From positions 1-64,000 of IMG/VR virus record IMGVR_UViG_3300032360_000001: 64,000 nt of DNA. One strand, 5' to 3'. This document shows, piece after piece, positions 40,401-45,560 of the stretch. The position numbers and the translations under genes are program-made. This stretch comes from a virus. Under the pieces are notes generated by a model. It searched no databases and was not told the origin of the DNA. It saw nothing but the letters and a program-made list of their open reading frames with translations. Numbering within the stretch: position 1 is the first letter of the stretch; the number at the start of each line of letters is the position of its first letter.

Positions 40401-41771
40401 TTGGGCTCCTGATTCCTTGACGAATTTTGCTAAATTCATTCCAAGTTTTCCAAGGAATCCAGTTAATAAAAGAAGTCCCGGGCCTTGCAAGAAATTTCCA
40501 ATTCCGGACAACATTCCTTGCGCAATTTTTCCCCCCACATCTTTCGTGTCCTTTTCGTTTATGTCGCCTAAAACTTTTTGCATAACTCCAACCACCCTCT
40601 CTGTGACTGGTCTTAACGTTAGGTCTCCTACTTTCTTTGCTGCCTGCGTGGCTAGAGCCATCGTCTTTTTTACTTGAGCGTCGAGAGTTTTGTTGAGCAG
40701 TTCATTTCTTAATATCGCTTCGTTTGTCGATCCCGTCGATACCTTAACGGCTTTATCGTAAATCGAATATTCTTGTCCAAGGTCAGAGAGTATCGCTCTT
40801 AAGTTATTCATTTGGAATACGCCAGCAGTAACCTCAGCAGTATGAGCTTGTTGAGCCTTAGATAGCGTAGGAAACTTTTTGGCCAAATTGCCAAGAACAT
40901 TCATTGCGGGCATCATTTGCCCCTCCAAGTCTCTCACCTTCACCCCTAATTCTTCCAAGAGATTAAGAGTGTCTTTTCTTTGGATTCTTGTAAATATACT
41001 TTTTAACGCGTTACCAATAACGGGACCACCACGGGCCGTTGTTTGCTGAACGGAAGCTGTGATTGCAAGAAGTTGATCAAAGGATACGCCAACGTCCTGA
41101 GCGGTACTTCCCACACGCCTCATGGATTGAGCTAAATCATCTGTGCTTACGGCAAATGCCGCATCCACATTGGCAAGCTTATTAATTACCTGAGTAGAAC
41201 TTAATGCCTCCCTATTGAACGTATTTAATGCTGCCGTTAAGGAAGAAACTGATGCCGCCGCATCCATACCGGAAAGTCTCGTAAGAATGAGGGCGTCGCT
41301 TGTTCTCTGAAGCGTCTCTTCGGTTGACAAACCTTGCCTAGCTAATTCTGTCGCTGCTTCAGCTACAGTATCGAAACTTTGTGCCGTTTTTTGCGCTATT
41401 GTGAAAAGGCTGTTTCCGAACTTTGCGAGGCCTCGATCTGTTTGTCCTAAAATTACATTGACATCCTGAAGTCTTTTCTCGACCTCAATAGTACTTTTAA
41501 GTAAAAATTCAAATGCCCTTTGGACTTGAAAAATCGCCCCAGCAGAAGCTCCAAACGCTAAAACACGCGCATTTGATGCTTCGAGTGATCTTGTGAATTC
41601 ATTTGTGGCACCAGTGATTTTCCCAAGGGGCCTAGTAAATTTCCCAGAGTCAACGCTAACGTTAACCCCTCGCCTTTCTACTTGGGTAATAGCGCTGTTT
41701 ATTTGCCTTAAAGTGGCTTGTAGTGACGCGCTATCTAACCTTGTTCCTAGTGTGATAAAACTATCCGCCAT
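22482..41771 (-). CDS. Giant tape measure protein, 6429 aa (TP901-family core, with embedded HAD, nuclease-like, LysM, PG-binding and SleB-like domains)
   Basis: N-terminal TP901-type domain (AATELARQGLS...AFAVSTDDLAQSMRRVGSTAQDVGVSFDQLLA...IGNALKSIFTRI), long helical tracts, a Gly/Ala hydrophobic segment at ~37060-36845, and position after the tube and chaperone genes. Confidence 0.93.
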   Translation of the reverse strand: MADSFITLGTRLDSASLQATLRQINSAITQVERRGVNVSVDSGKFTRPLGKITGATNEFTRSLEASNARVLAFGASAGAIFQVQRAFEFLLKSTIEVEKRLQDVNVILGQTDRGLAKFGNSLFTIAQKTAQSFDTVAEAATELARQGLSTEETLQRTSDALILTRLSGMDAAASVSSLTAALNTFNREALSSTQVINKLANVDAAFAVSTDDLAQSMRRVGSTAQDVGVSFDQLLAITASVQQTTARGGPVIGNALKSIFTRIQRKDTLNLLEELGVKVRDLEGQMMPAMNVLGNLAKKFPTLSKAQQAHTAEVTAGVFQMNNLRAILSDLGQEYSIYDKAVKVSTGSTNEAILRNELLNKTLDAQVKKTMALATQAAKKVGDLTLRPVTERVVGVMQKVLGDINEKDTKDVGGKIAQGMLSGIGNFLQGPGLLLLTGFLGKLGMNLAKFVKESGAQFMGLNTAAVQQKSLQEGIAKILEAQPQLIARAAQSSQARVQVEREIIAMLEQETLVMQNMEKVAARMAGMMVKGGVTVSGAGQVQAPAYMRGRPPKHSARGHIPNFNKRESAVSEIISAAEGGYKAGAIKQMKMPGLGTMTYNSKEQVKHVPGFAQPFINPPQHSKAGRQHREKSMAKTGVDPYSVPNFANPAMLSLFGRGKLGLGTVAMPGKGAAASLESFGIGRFHKSGPKVPKGQKNVLRTAYDHAISGHGVSAAKGKIALGEIGEVAVARATMPSDVAKRFYNDLLSPAVGKTAYKGFVDSVGGAGNASRIAQDIVYHPSGTARSFLGARERAMEVLGNNPAAKGSFFAKAELTHSSLIEKALVGRGSGHQLLPFSNVKGGQGETILDAIAIKGGKIIGPAEFKPSFHAGMSGRDARGSLSYKSLFSSDSGKEGGLLHFLRTGIEKNIARGGYKDKAGTFHSPQKLQGDLTKLDNYIDTAKTADFQRMQRVSQSEVTLEGAKGATQIKDIFGKDIMKILQGSPSASNYDKLMTHFGAAQGFIPNLMRGGSMAAAARGRGKGNIFDFDGTLGVPPKGMVTTPTGMRKMREGDTWHGWSVGHMVPTKLAKAASKNKEPMTVLTARGEDSIPYIQTWLKAQKIPYREVIATGSRKYPKGIEKTHQKKAYEIFERPHLQNAKFYEDSRANAYYAALRGASKDMNIRPRIVNYGSNWGQVNPAGQGLIPSFSKGDALADAFRREKKATGLPENQLYAASIDTPEYKGLAVGNKRDERTKADLIKAVRSHPDPAKAGSRASGGYIPNYAADSVDYMAMTSGMMMAGMMMQMGGDSAQETKMLADQKADHEKQKDIKKKAKAAAKKQERARKAQQKEKTRLQTEVKEHGRDAQKATKSRMEAKFGTRTTPGGERTGGVKQAEAAQQKAADRIVRREVNRAIMHGTPGPRGAGMAHSGPAGLGMTGLRAERGTVGGVPGINPSTGLPHTPAYNAKIEKLRQQGHAQAGKIISQSVDTSGRTPRGSVGEHSGDKAAKDLTKKTLLLQKAREAEARAADRANAANEKKAAAQAKIWAMDKKMATTSRKVAAAKHAEAKAAEKAAALKPDTKGAASKWIKQKGFGLGIGIQMMAGVAEQFVGGKGETPEERAEKAKVRGVGTAAGMAGTGAMIGGPWGAAAGLAIGAGLAFMDHQKASKKTAEDYAKAIQKETEARKKALLGAEAYIKLQGRLTGMFNRGAGPAETGMMRRQMREQLMQIEDAGLRRELIGAAGDESKMREAMAKVQETISMQEKKGSMGVLAAKAGEGGAAQRGVMKDLAKTLSSAFELKGIKSWELMGKSGADLTAKLEEMGVGAKEAADMIEALGEENQGLIPQIMAQARGYEELEAETSKSVESIERMALATADLNYRLSQISNSFEHLMNVSKSLFDHSQKVSKELSSAVTGDETIGRERRERFGVAGNILKNIETNTLKNTLLQKRFHDAILKMTMEKSSAGGSLPGGLQQLQVLARQMIVGPADLAADIYRGIINDKEGGVGREQGRKLEDALSKAEYEIKENNLNLAQSNRLLIIQNQIAESNRAFQRRRTLQESMTAGGGFGGGGIIDALKKLTTVAGLPTRGERSKAAMMQMQGLRDLEKMGFDFANGIGKAMKESLLERTFRAEAPDALEALGMSPENVSRVINSNFNPDIGKSIIESMNSAQGGMMAEVMDSANLSKIASEERAYKAKLLEAEFKNRNMLVESLGANVDVTALLIGSNYDLIVSNEKLGSAAMAAEEFGANQRRTNDQVYKAAIDTAMTGAVSKMGEIMSKANTGFMQAVEVFRGEQSLQHTRINQEKAFASLEGKTAGAEDMMANLSKGTKFSMVPPQHEEIFDKGGILWSLHKANTWLVKHIDAAAGSLLPGESMTWENITEKMDVWAVSKQEVKDSSFDINMAKFMERVRTGGNAEDVGKMTVAFEAYKSTLTDANVPQDSQMKISLVRAQEALLRSFARISEVTEEQGLIERTELPTGETRVRGTLPLDLNDWEKTQTWMGTSASPSEAIKILTKDLKDMVFEGDSGNWQPNMISALSKLTDVVALLPGKKGFEAYELQSDPKKLLTALLAIQTAVIGVHPSQPGQIYTRGTRQVLSPGIGGGETWDQTQQRGGRTDASYYNEIPLIRVQQPLEQGEYEGMMVGVSDMMEDYRSAGKLLFTNFQKTFKEGRTVDVSEAKLIKAALDKFEGQEARIRKVLEGVALRTGDEEGFFEREGDIKPLLEQFDTITDAFQASLKAIIDPNKGIVVDKKLAEQIAALLSKQIKELKPFRSSTIDLGGGVPDRPKGGGTVDAVKEWTNSFSKAAENTMKEWIFSVNTMDVGNNISDALNSFADYADNFSNGMEILNATIDELADTELAISADPLETPLLAIQQSIDALSKLNSSENEDTKNALNNKEDIVINVLTNILEAILSDETVSKSQREEIKNALHLLPEQYKRAMDEIEGRSSSRLLRDKLFDLRKQTTSAPIPPPLIPGSMLAGQVRRGTEQTTQPLTTMARQTFGKYGRSFLRGNKGYQGPRSGLPSVKELLGIDPDKAFKNIPDPSEIDKMMKDVEKASPEVSDPGGRASVIYLTKLKTGSDKIHDIARQAAERLMGDNAEMIDEIHKLAPFLGDLPFQELEKGLEAANKDMSAVKRVQTAATQKASAMARTLGRHTMEMANVFINQNLLAAFRGPQQVNVAKRVGGQWMDKLKDAMPDIAGKVTGMGPEGLSPGTFEGGLFGGKLNQDALWRRAAVRKEGGVFTPDRTRDYEHSMLGPGSIWKISGMQNDPATFGDKRDMAYRFLTNLSQGKAHQRMITAPGGNVGGPPALGFTAAREHTILGGDTANAIAQTYGVSLDNLKGANPQIANINRINAGDKMNIPAQYSIEHTLGQKLTANQQKKIAAQLDKQFKEGVAYHNEIHKANVAQKKITDNAKEIAAIEEKIKNRTIEAGKAQDKLKALYAQRTLIESKLTEVQKRLLVAESKIGDRNIRARHNAVVLRTALEQRAIKERTDQSAMLQKTIEARGGAALLPSEITDPRAKAAADQIALNQAANEQSKGLVDSLQAERDALLEASAALEKFSKAIGISSKDLQDMSPFELDQELIRQEGLPRENLLQQMRSPRTSQPGGAFAAQTFSAISPSRVGETQQRNLKREMEKILTIEKEAAAGGRKEALAESKVAEANVLKAHMMRTAKFKDFEKSDAALGVTANEKKTAEDNVVRLLNEKAVILRKEQSDDTKEELKKVNDDLEAATEASALARKNETNQLDAHNATYADYINIINAGKDAENELRKAKQSHTDALNAQKVIIDNWGSVTQAAIEIQKRFVTAEHVKRMEALDTQIANTTMSLSIMDDPKKFKELLNSTKKLTEVQLRLAAKQARLEEAAGIGTPADTYQREQDITRQQLRTGKIGVWEAFGADTFEKGEAMSRGWKERVLDDMIEIREGMISSFADGWAAFAVEGESATETAKAWARGFLKMINQAFYNATIGRFMGNLMSGGFGNYGRPSLPQQQSGGELHGPSHSRGGIKLEAEGGEFIVRKSEVRKPGVLGHLREINEGRMFQQGGPVPQNPWRHPNTWAQQQPLMPGWGGGQQLGGNLNLGRNPLRGVKVLPGAPGNPGGEHGQFAFDKAPPAFHEVQSQMEMQELFRREIGIPGNPFRHKGTPKDLASQKMRNMRRNIAEGGYDHEKEHTLLTFAERIGVNGLPIAGFPARLNEREIAAREELQIFQERNPLAFAHLNQWWRKNKSGWANPQVYQDGGPVTQYQNAWEKKIQQRQMLQITGQIPSKGFFGQPLHKRGPMTEEGLREALIKSGRGDLSTEIPRGDEWYNLSKEALAKRAELEAEKKRMARINLEFRTENKMRSAASSSNRGVAMFAPPGMEIPRTMFGQRIGTQTRHTSTSNRTKDRATPGMMSERLWFHSFMKEKGLIGEFEQADNMGAFHQGNSQASRIYKFLMKRQTQNPRHILSEKELLDESMPELIPHIGDYNKRIFTEMGTSGLLMDPKISASISELDKIGIGSQHRWSENYALHKRLLKDRLMQGKGNAWYNKFIQAPNALPVGSPDSPTSAMGLEPDPGQGRWWNDPFAPLPKGMHRIPSRRNRQQGPSTPMPPQIPWPFEIDPATGLPRPDLRDRNSTMPGLGEGVPRFGDGGIVGTAYPWSDSPARKFNDKLPFWDRVDPRRRGFSRVGGSSGNNAFGPTAAEWGGARKDDPVRQQQLADHLAMLDRENEIDGMRDAGFGPFGMPLGGDPWPEGVHPAPWALNKRGWGAGVGPDPRKNKGNALPLNLDLMEELENLRRGPDRDVPQFGAGGVVTARDTFRAKVPKLDKNYIKKLANNSHILNWIKDPNNIERFGFTKNDTFESAYMKMIRHAEKIKLKPGKRMSQLMHPAGFSEWENGMQPGVANDMMAAGWIEPEAFGVLNEWFSIKSGGYTGLWGQDMTNFPGAAGEQGGGINAFFTGESERKDQQRALNKHLTSMGLMSPNPKAGQIKPLKIDGYAGAATTEALTLFRKKKGIPTPTRRSTLTEERARRSPINPKPKGPHRVPVPSRIEGDKKTREALGMVVGYSGMSKAGWKGRAPSGFLTKKHFKSKNRAEVEVHPYTGLPHTGGFDPEAKWELDPKNKFFDENEGFPSRYEIIPGKGLGHVVKVGEGLTSIGQQYREEMTTAKAISMGANGVTISAALAAANPELMKALKTRAGGKPDISKFLKPNDVVLIPGGEHLFNPEADKRPGMLDGKPFPGFRQGWWEQFNKMSTIYGTMQPVEYGAGGFVWNPRGGGSVPNQFRRQSALEIPATGRNQTLLPKHQAWNNRLRDFWRDTYNATAAGPNRLALATERYRAGIHGHMAAPRVRATRGAHGVSPGGYRYTRGPEASTLVGGNIDRGGVARIGPPTAAHRNAMRNRGRYFQREETPDFAAWGVHPSAVDKDVARVIFSEVGPQHPDLVFAVGDAMRNRYNNQASRTRHGISTGYGISVGGSRYPAEVRNGAWWVQAPTRRGFSWRAAQPGEATTASEISMRDIAWQGAPGGFKPTSGNVRQAQQFSAIGDADNDNWHLSGRLSVFQQSPQGFNDMNTWLSGGDAARAVTERYRTHYGSDVLGNATNGWIGAREDIQNVWKKSLEQSATDKRLARGVTVPGQRQSGLLDSDEEWYKSWQIPMGTEFNSGMKPTAMTQNIGPFWMWRPDYTTEWQSRANDKQRSDRGLPTRRGRVAPERRQRGGLITAGSGTTDDVPVYLKKGEMVMTQKAVKDNGVQYFKDIEAGRIRMEEGGEVDEELIQKANEATEENQESEGEETGERNPPSLNEKYGDNLAEAWQGSPGGFKMEGIATQDKKWYNSGNMPGEGMTRVAEVVEERFGKGFKYGGTNAFAVNDPDKPSLGRFFVDHKMSAYAMGDKNNKQNEMREKRRKMFVDYKIYLKEEYENRKEQWDEFKTKKKQMLTSAWIQFAVAAVQVGVAAKSQSANKKYGTDQQVADNPAQFKSMDGAPQGVKAGDYVNQAAHDSWAKKMKWADSPVGSSVIAGGSTALIGWGMGLEKEELALTAGTAAATAAITSYAKIKGLGKAEQNALNSSDPAVQQAALDRWKKHLKPEEITAAEQSIAFHGTETQLKQWVKEENKAQRGIDKWTDVINESEPGGPRRALAEKTAKAHADKLRHVQAGKQAFLANSQALHPGLLEKNANNVWGMNDKERANLKAIKLGWARSKEAATVRRNQLEGMNENEDMLGRMLKPGGNMGGFPVPRKAQGGLITDADGPPGEDTIKALLTRGEFVISKEGVDQFPGGANALLKYNDIAKHGGQVARFAEGGMVGRQSQFAPTSPIASATGGALGLNVGQGAEGMTDSLMQLVDIVQSIRDTVDKETDEKQREKRAGEQNGTQDGTGGVNQEITNNVAVTVNVNSDGTAEATASSSSEGGNEGAGEDGEDDADKHERFAELMQGVVLQTIVEEQRPGGLLYKKG

Positions 41772-41792
41772 GGCCTTTTCTGTTTTTATTAA

Positions 41793-41798
41793 TTACAC
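41793..41798 (-). promoter_or_regulatory. GTGTAA putative late-promoter motif upstream of the TMP
   Basis: GTGTAATTAATA about 22 nt before the ATG at 41771, inside a 34-nt gap. Confidence 0.6.
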
Positions 41799-41805
41799 TA
41801 AAAAA

Positions 41806-42831
41806 TCAGTGCCCATGTAACTTTATAAGTTCCTCCATATTAAGTGATCCTCCCTTTTTCATAGCCTCTTGAGCTAAGTCGACGAACTTCTCTCCTTCAT
41901 CTATGGCTCCAAGTTTATTCATTTCGTCCTTGGATGCACCCACTATTGAGCTTCCGCCCACGTTACCGGAGTCCTTAACCTTATCAAACGCAGCTTGAGA
42001 CGCCTTGCTGGACTCATACCAGTCTATAATGGCATCTGGGTCATCCATTATGTCGTGTGGGGGCTTGTTTTTTGAATCTTGAAGTATCGATTTGAAATAT
42101 TTTGCATGACCAAAAAGTTCAGCCTGATAAAAGGTCAAGTTTACCGCCGCCTTACCGAAGAATGTCATCGGGTTATCATCACACAAATAAAAGAAATTAA
42201 GAAAAAAGCCCGATAAAGCTATCTTTTTTAGATTTCTTGGAAAAAATGGCTCCATTTTATTATTGTAAAGAGTAACTAAATAAAAAATATCCTGAGTGCT
42301 TAACTCGTCGAATTCTTCCTCAGAGAGCAAATGCTCAGAACATTCGGGGTTTTTAAATAATGATTGAAATATATAGTGTTCGTTTGATTTTTTTGAGCTA
42401 TAAGAGTTACAAGTCATCCCTATAAACTCTGACCTTCTGTTCTCTTTTATCTGTATTTCGCCTTCTGTTTCTCTTATTTGGTTAGTTAGTTGATTCTTGT
42501 CTTTCTCTAAAAAAAGTTTGGATTTGTTTACTTTTAGTTGTTTAACCCAGCTTCTTAGTCCATCCAACTCATTGTCTTGTTGTTTCGTCCAATCCCCCTC
42601 TTTATGGAGGTACTCAAGCTTGTCTTCTTCTGTTGGTAGTCCTTCTTTTTTAGCCTCTTCGTAGTACCTATTTTTTATTTGATCCATGCCGGCAGCGTCA
42701 ATAGTACCGAGGTGTTTGATGTGTGTGCTTTTATATTTTTTGTCTTCAGTCTTAGAGTAGCCGTTTATTATATCAGCATAAAGAAGCCTCAGCGAGGCGC
42801 TATTCATTCTTTCTTTCTCTTTGTCGTTCAT
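41806..42831 (-). CDS. Putative tail assembly chaperone (GT-like position)
   Basis: Immediately upstream of the TMP; helical and charged; similar to the 317-aa neighbour. Confidence 0.6.
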   Translation of the reverse strand: MNDKEKERMNSASLRLLYADIINGYSKTEDKKYKSTHIKHLGTIDAAGMDQIKNRYYEEAKKEGLPTEEDKLEYLHKEGDWTKQQDNELDGLRSWVKQLKVNKSKLFLEKDKNQLTNQIRETEGEIQIKENRRSEFIGMTCNSYSSKKSNEHYIFQSLFKNPECSEHLLSEEEFDELSTQDIFYLVTLYNNKMEPFFPRNLKKIALSGFFLNFFYLCDDNPMTFFGKAAVNLTFYQAELFGHAKYFKSILQDSKNKPPHDIMDDPDAIIDWYESSKASQAAFDKVKDSGNVGGSSIVGASKDEMNKLGAIDEGEKFVDLAQEAMKKGGSLNMEELIKLHGH

Positions 42832-42837
42832 ATGTAT

Positions 42838-42863
42838 AAAAAAACCCCCACCTTAGGCGGGGG
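42838..42863 (-). terminator. Intrinsic terminator between the two chaperone genes
   Basis: Minus strand CCCCCGCC-TAA-GGTGGGGG followed by T7; ends 6 nt before the ATG at 42831. Confidence 0.75.
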
Positions 42864-42885
42864 AGTTCAGGTTAGTTTTCCATTA

Positions 42886-43839
42886 TTACTCTGTATCTTG
42901 TTGCTCCGTAGGTTCTTCAGGATTATTATCATTCTTAGGATCTTTTTTTACGGAAGCTTTCTTTTTTGTTTTTTTGCTTTTTTTAGGTTTGACCTCGGGT
43001 TCTTCTTCCTCCGGTTTCTCTTCGCTCACTACGTTCTCAAGGACTATATCTTGCATTTCTTTGGCTATTTCTTCAGCTGGGAGTTCTTCTTGTGCGTCAA
43101 GGTCTTCTTCTTGTAGGCCTTGTTCCCTAAGCATGGCGTCGAACTCTTCTTGCGTGGATGCCCTACCCACAAACCAAAAACTTACAAAGTACGTAAGTCT
43201 TTGAATCACAGTATTTATAAAAATGTCTTCCTCTTCGCTTAATTCGTCATATACGGCAAGTCTATCTTCAAACGTTTTGCCGGGAAAATATGCGTTATTG
43301 TCATCCCCATATGACAGTTGTAAAATCCACCATAAGATGGTTTTATTTCTGGCCCTAACTTCCGCTGTCTGTTCATACAGACTCTGCTGTTCCATCTCAA
43401 ATTGGGTCAGGGTACTTCGTGACTCCGTCAATTCCTTTTCTAGTCGCGCCATTTCGTCCCGGTCTTCTTCGGACAAATTTTCTTCGTCTTTTATTAATAG
43501 CTTTTGATATTCGTCTGTTCTTCTGTAGAAATCTAGGTATAAGTTGCCATATCTTTCTATTTCTCCGTCGCTTAAAGAGCCGCCGTCGTTTTCGTACCTT
43601 TTGGCTAGAAGGGCCTTTGTGAGTAATCCAGCCTTAATGCCCTTGGAAAGCTCTATACCGTAAAATAACTCGGCCTCGTCATAAAGGGACCTAGTGGGTT
43701 TTCTCAGGAAAAATTGATGTTTGACCTTCTCATCTACGCTTTTTTCCGTGGTTACCTTCTCGCCTTTTTCGTTAGTGGTAGTGTCCTTCTTTACGACGGA
43801 CTCTACTTTAGTTACTGCAAATTCATATAGTTTTTTCAT
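42886..43839 (-). CDS. Putative tail assembly chaperone (G-like position), acidic/Lys-rich tail
   Basis: Lies between the tube and TMP genes; FFLRKPT motif, coiled coil and low-complexity C-terminus. Confidence 0.6.
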   Translation of the reverse strand: MKKLYEFAVTKVESVVKKDTTTNEKGEKVTTEKSVDEKVKHQFFLRKPTRSLYDEAELFYGIELSKGIKAGLLTKALLAKRYENDGGSLSDGEIERYGNLYLDFYRRTDEYQKLLIKDEENLSEEDRDEMARLEKELTESRSTLTQFEMEQQSLYEQTAEVRARNKTILWWILQLSYGDDNNAYFPGKTFEDRLAVYDELSEEEDIFINTVIQRLTYFVSFWFVGRASTQEEFDAMLREQGLQEEDLDAQEELPAEEIAKEMQDIVLENVVSEEKPEEEEPEVKPKKSKKTKKKASVKKDPKNDNNPEEPTEQQDTE

Positions 43840-44081
43840 AACTTTAGTTCAATATCAAATTTTTCTAAATTTTCCTCAATTTCCCTTATGGTGTCATTCC
43901 CGTAGTCAAGAATTCTTTTTCTTATTCTTTGAAACTCTTCCTCTGGAATATCATAGCCAGCCTTTTCTAAATCTTCTAAAATAAAAAGATAATTTTTATA
44001 AAGATTGACTACCTTACGGCGTAATTGAAATACTAAGAAGTCCTTGGACTTTTCGTCCCCTTTGTTCATGTCTCCATGCAT
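43836..44081 (-). CDS. Small hypothetical protein (alternative start 44069)
   Basis: 81-aa helical ORF whose stop overlaps the next ATG (ATGA); preceded by a GTGTAA motif. Confidence 0.7.
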   Translation of the reverse strand: MHGDMNKGDEKSKDFLVFQLRRKVVNLYKNYLFILEDLEKAGYDIPEEEFQRIRKRILDYGNDTIREIEENLEKFDIELKL

Positions 44082-44108
44082 TCCTTTTAACCTTTTTCCT
44101 GCAAAGAT

Positions 44109-44114
44109 TTACAC
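44109..44114 (-). promoter_or_regulatory. GTGTAA putative late-promoter motif
   Basis: Lies just downstream of the tube-gene terminator and upstream of the 81-aa ORF. Confidence 0.55.
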
Positions 44115-44137
44115 ATTTTAACCACAACCTGTAAAAT

Positions 44138-44164
44138 AAAAAAACCCCCGGTTTGCACCGGGGG
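44138..44164 (-). terminator. Intrinsic terminator after the major tail tube gene
   Basis: Perfect stem CCCCCGGT-GCAA-ACCGGGGG (GNRA loop) followed by T7. Confidence 0.9.
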
Positions 44165-44193
44165 CTGGTTAAGGTTTAGTTGCTTAATTCGGC

Positions 44194-45501
44194 TTAGGAA
44201 TCAGCACTCGCGTCTCTCTGCATGGAGAGATATCCAGTCGAGATACCACTCATATACAGGCCTTGGTTCTTCTGGTTCGGTCCACCAACCTGAGTTGCGA
44301 ACTCGAGAGTCACACTCTTGTTGCTGCCGATATCCGAGCTAAACGCTTGGCTATTCACTTTGCAGTTCTTCAACCAATACTGGGCGAAGACATCCTTTGC
44401 GGTTCCATCAGTAAGCGTGCCGGGGCAGCTTGTAGGACGCAGAAGGTTAACTACAATATCGTAAGAATCATCACAATTGATGATATCCGACAAACTACCA
44501 GTGGTCAGATCGGCCACCAGAGCGTCAATCGAGCAGGTCACGGACATCGGGAATGTGATCTCACGAGAGAACGCAAACCGGCTTCCGAGTCTGTTGATTG
44601 GCTCTCTTGCCATATCTAGACTGATGTTGTAGCTTTGGATCTTAGCGTGTGCCTTGGAATCCATATTTCCGAGGTGTGCACCGGGAGCATCGTAGTTGTC
44701 TTGATCCGCAGTCACTGAATCAAAGAGATGTCCAGATAATGAGACGGACTCTCTATCAGCTTTCGCGAAGGCGAAGGTGATGTCTCCGGGGCGCAGGGCG
44801 CTTGTGGACATAATGCCACTGTCGGCGCTACCTGTGGTAGTCGGAAGAATGTACTTGAAATGCTCGAGTCTTGTTCCACTTTCGGGCTTCACCGCGGGGC
44901 TTGCGCCACTCACGCCGCTCTCGAAAGTCATGTTAAGACCCTCAACATTTACTGTAACGGTTGGGAAATTACCCACTGAACACTCTGTGGTGTATGAGGT
45001 AATGAATCCATTTCCAATTCCAATTACAAACTCGTAATCGCCTTCGATTGCGATAGCATCTTTTTCGGGTCCAAGATCTCCGACGGCGTCAACGCCCTCA
45101 CCAACAGTCTTGATGAAGTAGTTTTTCTCGTCATTAGTCTTATTAAGAATCCCAGAAATGCAGCTAGCATGTCCATCCGTAACAAATCCAAGATTCGTTT
45201 CGTTTTCCATGGTCGCTAGAATGTAGCTGAAGTCCAATGCTACCGTTGGAGTGTCCATTACAACTCTGTCGATAGCAGCCAATTCGCCAAACTGGTTAAT
45301 GTCTGTGCGCGGTATATTAAACGAATAGTTAGCGGTCTGAATTCTGTGCAACTGCCTTACTTGGTTTCCAGACGGATGCAGCGGAGGGCTGATATATCCT
45401 TCTGCTCCAACGGCAGTTTTGTCAGTAAAGAAGCCACTAACAGCCGGTGATTGACTCACATAAAGAGCCTCACTTTGATAAATAACTCTGTTTCTTGCCA
45501 T
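44194..45501 (-). CDS. Major tail tube protein (internally duplicated two-domain type)
   Basis: Position between the terminator-like gene and the chaperones; strong SD (AGAAAGGA) and own terminator; internal repeat RIQTANYSFNIPRTDINQFG / KIQSYNISLDMAREPINRLG. Confidence 0.8.
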   Translation of the reverse strand: MARNRVIYQSEALYVSQSPAVSGFFTDKTAVGAEGYISPPLHPSGNQVRQLHRIQTANYSFNIPRTDINQFGELAAIDRVVMDTPTVALDFSYILATMENETNLGFVTDGHASCISGILNKTNDEKNYFIKTVGEGVDAVGDLGPEKDAIAIEGDYEFVIGIGNGFITSYTTECSVGNFPTVTVNVEGLNMTFESGVSGASPAVKPESGTRLEHFKYILPTTTGSADSGIMSTSALRPGDITFAFAKADRESVSLSGHLFDSVTADQDNYDAPGAHLGNMDSKAHAKIQSYNISLDMAREPINRLGSRFAFSREITFPMSVTCSIDALVADLTTGSLSDIINCDDSYDIVVNLLRPTSCPGTLTDGTAKDVFAQYWLKNCKVNSQAFSSDIGSNKSVTLEFATQVGGPNQKNQGLYMSGISTGYLSMQRDASADS

Positions 45502-45560
45502 GATTTATAATCCTTTCTTTTTATTACATATTTTTTAGTTTATAGGGAAAACTTTTTTTG

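Noticed and set aside
23041-41820. Many 60-175-aa plus-strand ORFs opposite the TMP (and similar ones opposite other long genes)
   Set aside because: Fully nested antisense to well-supported genes, with no recognisable motifs or translation signals.
42886-42990. G/GT-type -1 frameshift at A-AAA-AAG near the end of the 317-aa chaperone
   Set aside because: The -1 frame hits TAA within about 10 codons. The downstream gene is in frame 0 behind several stops, so neither a frameshift nor read-through joins them.
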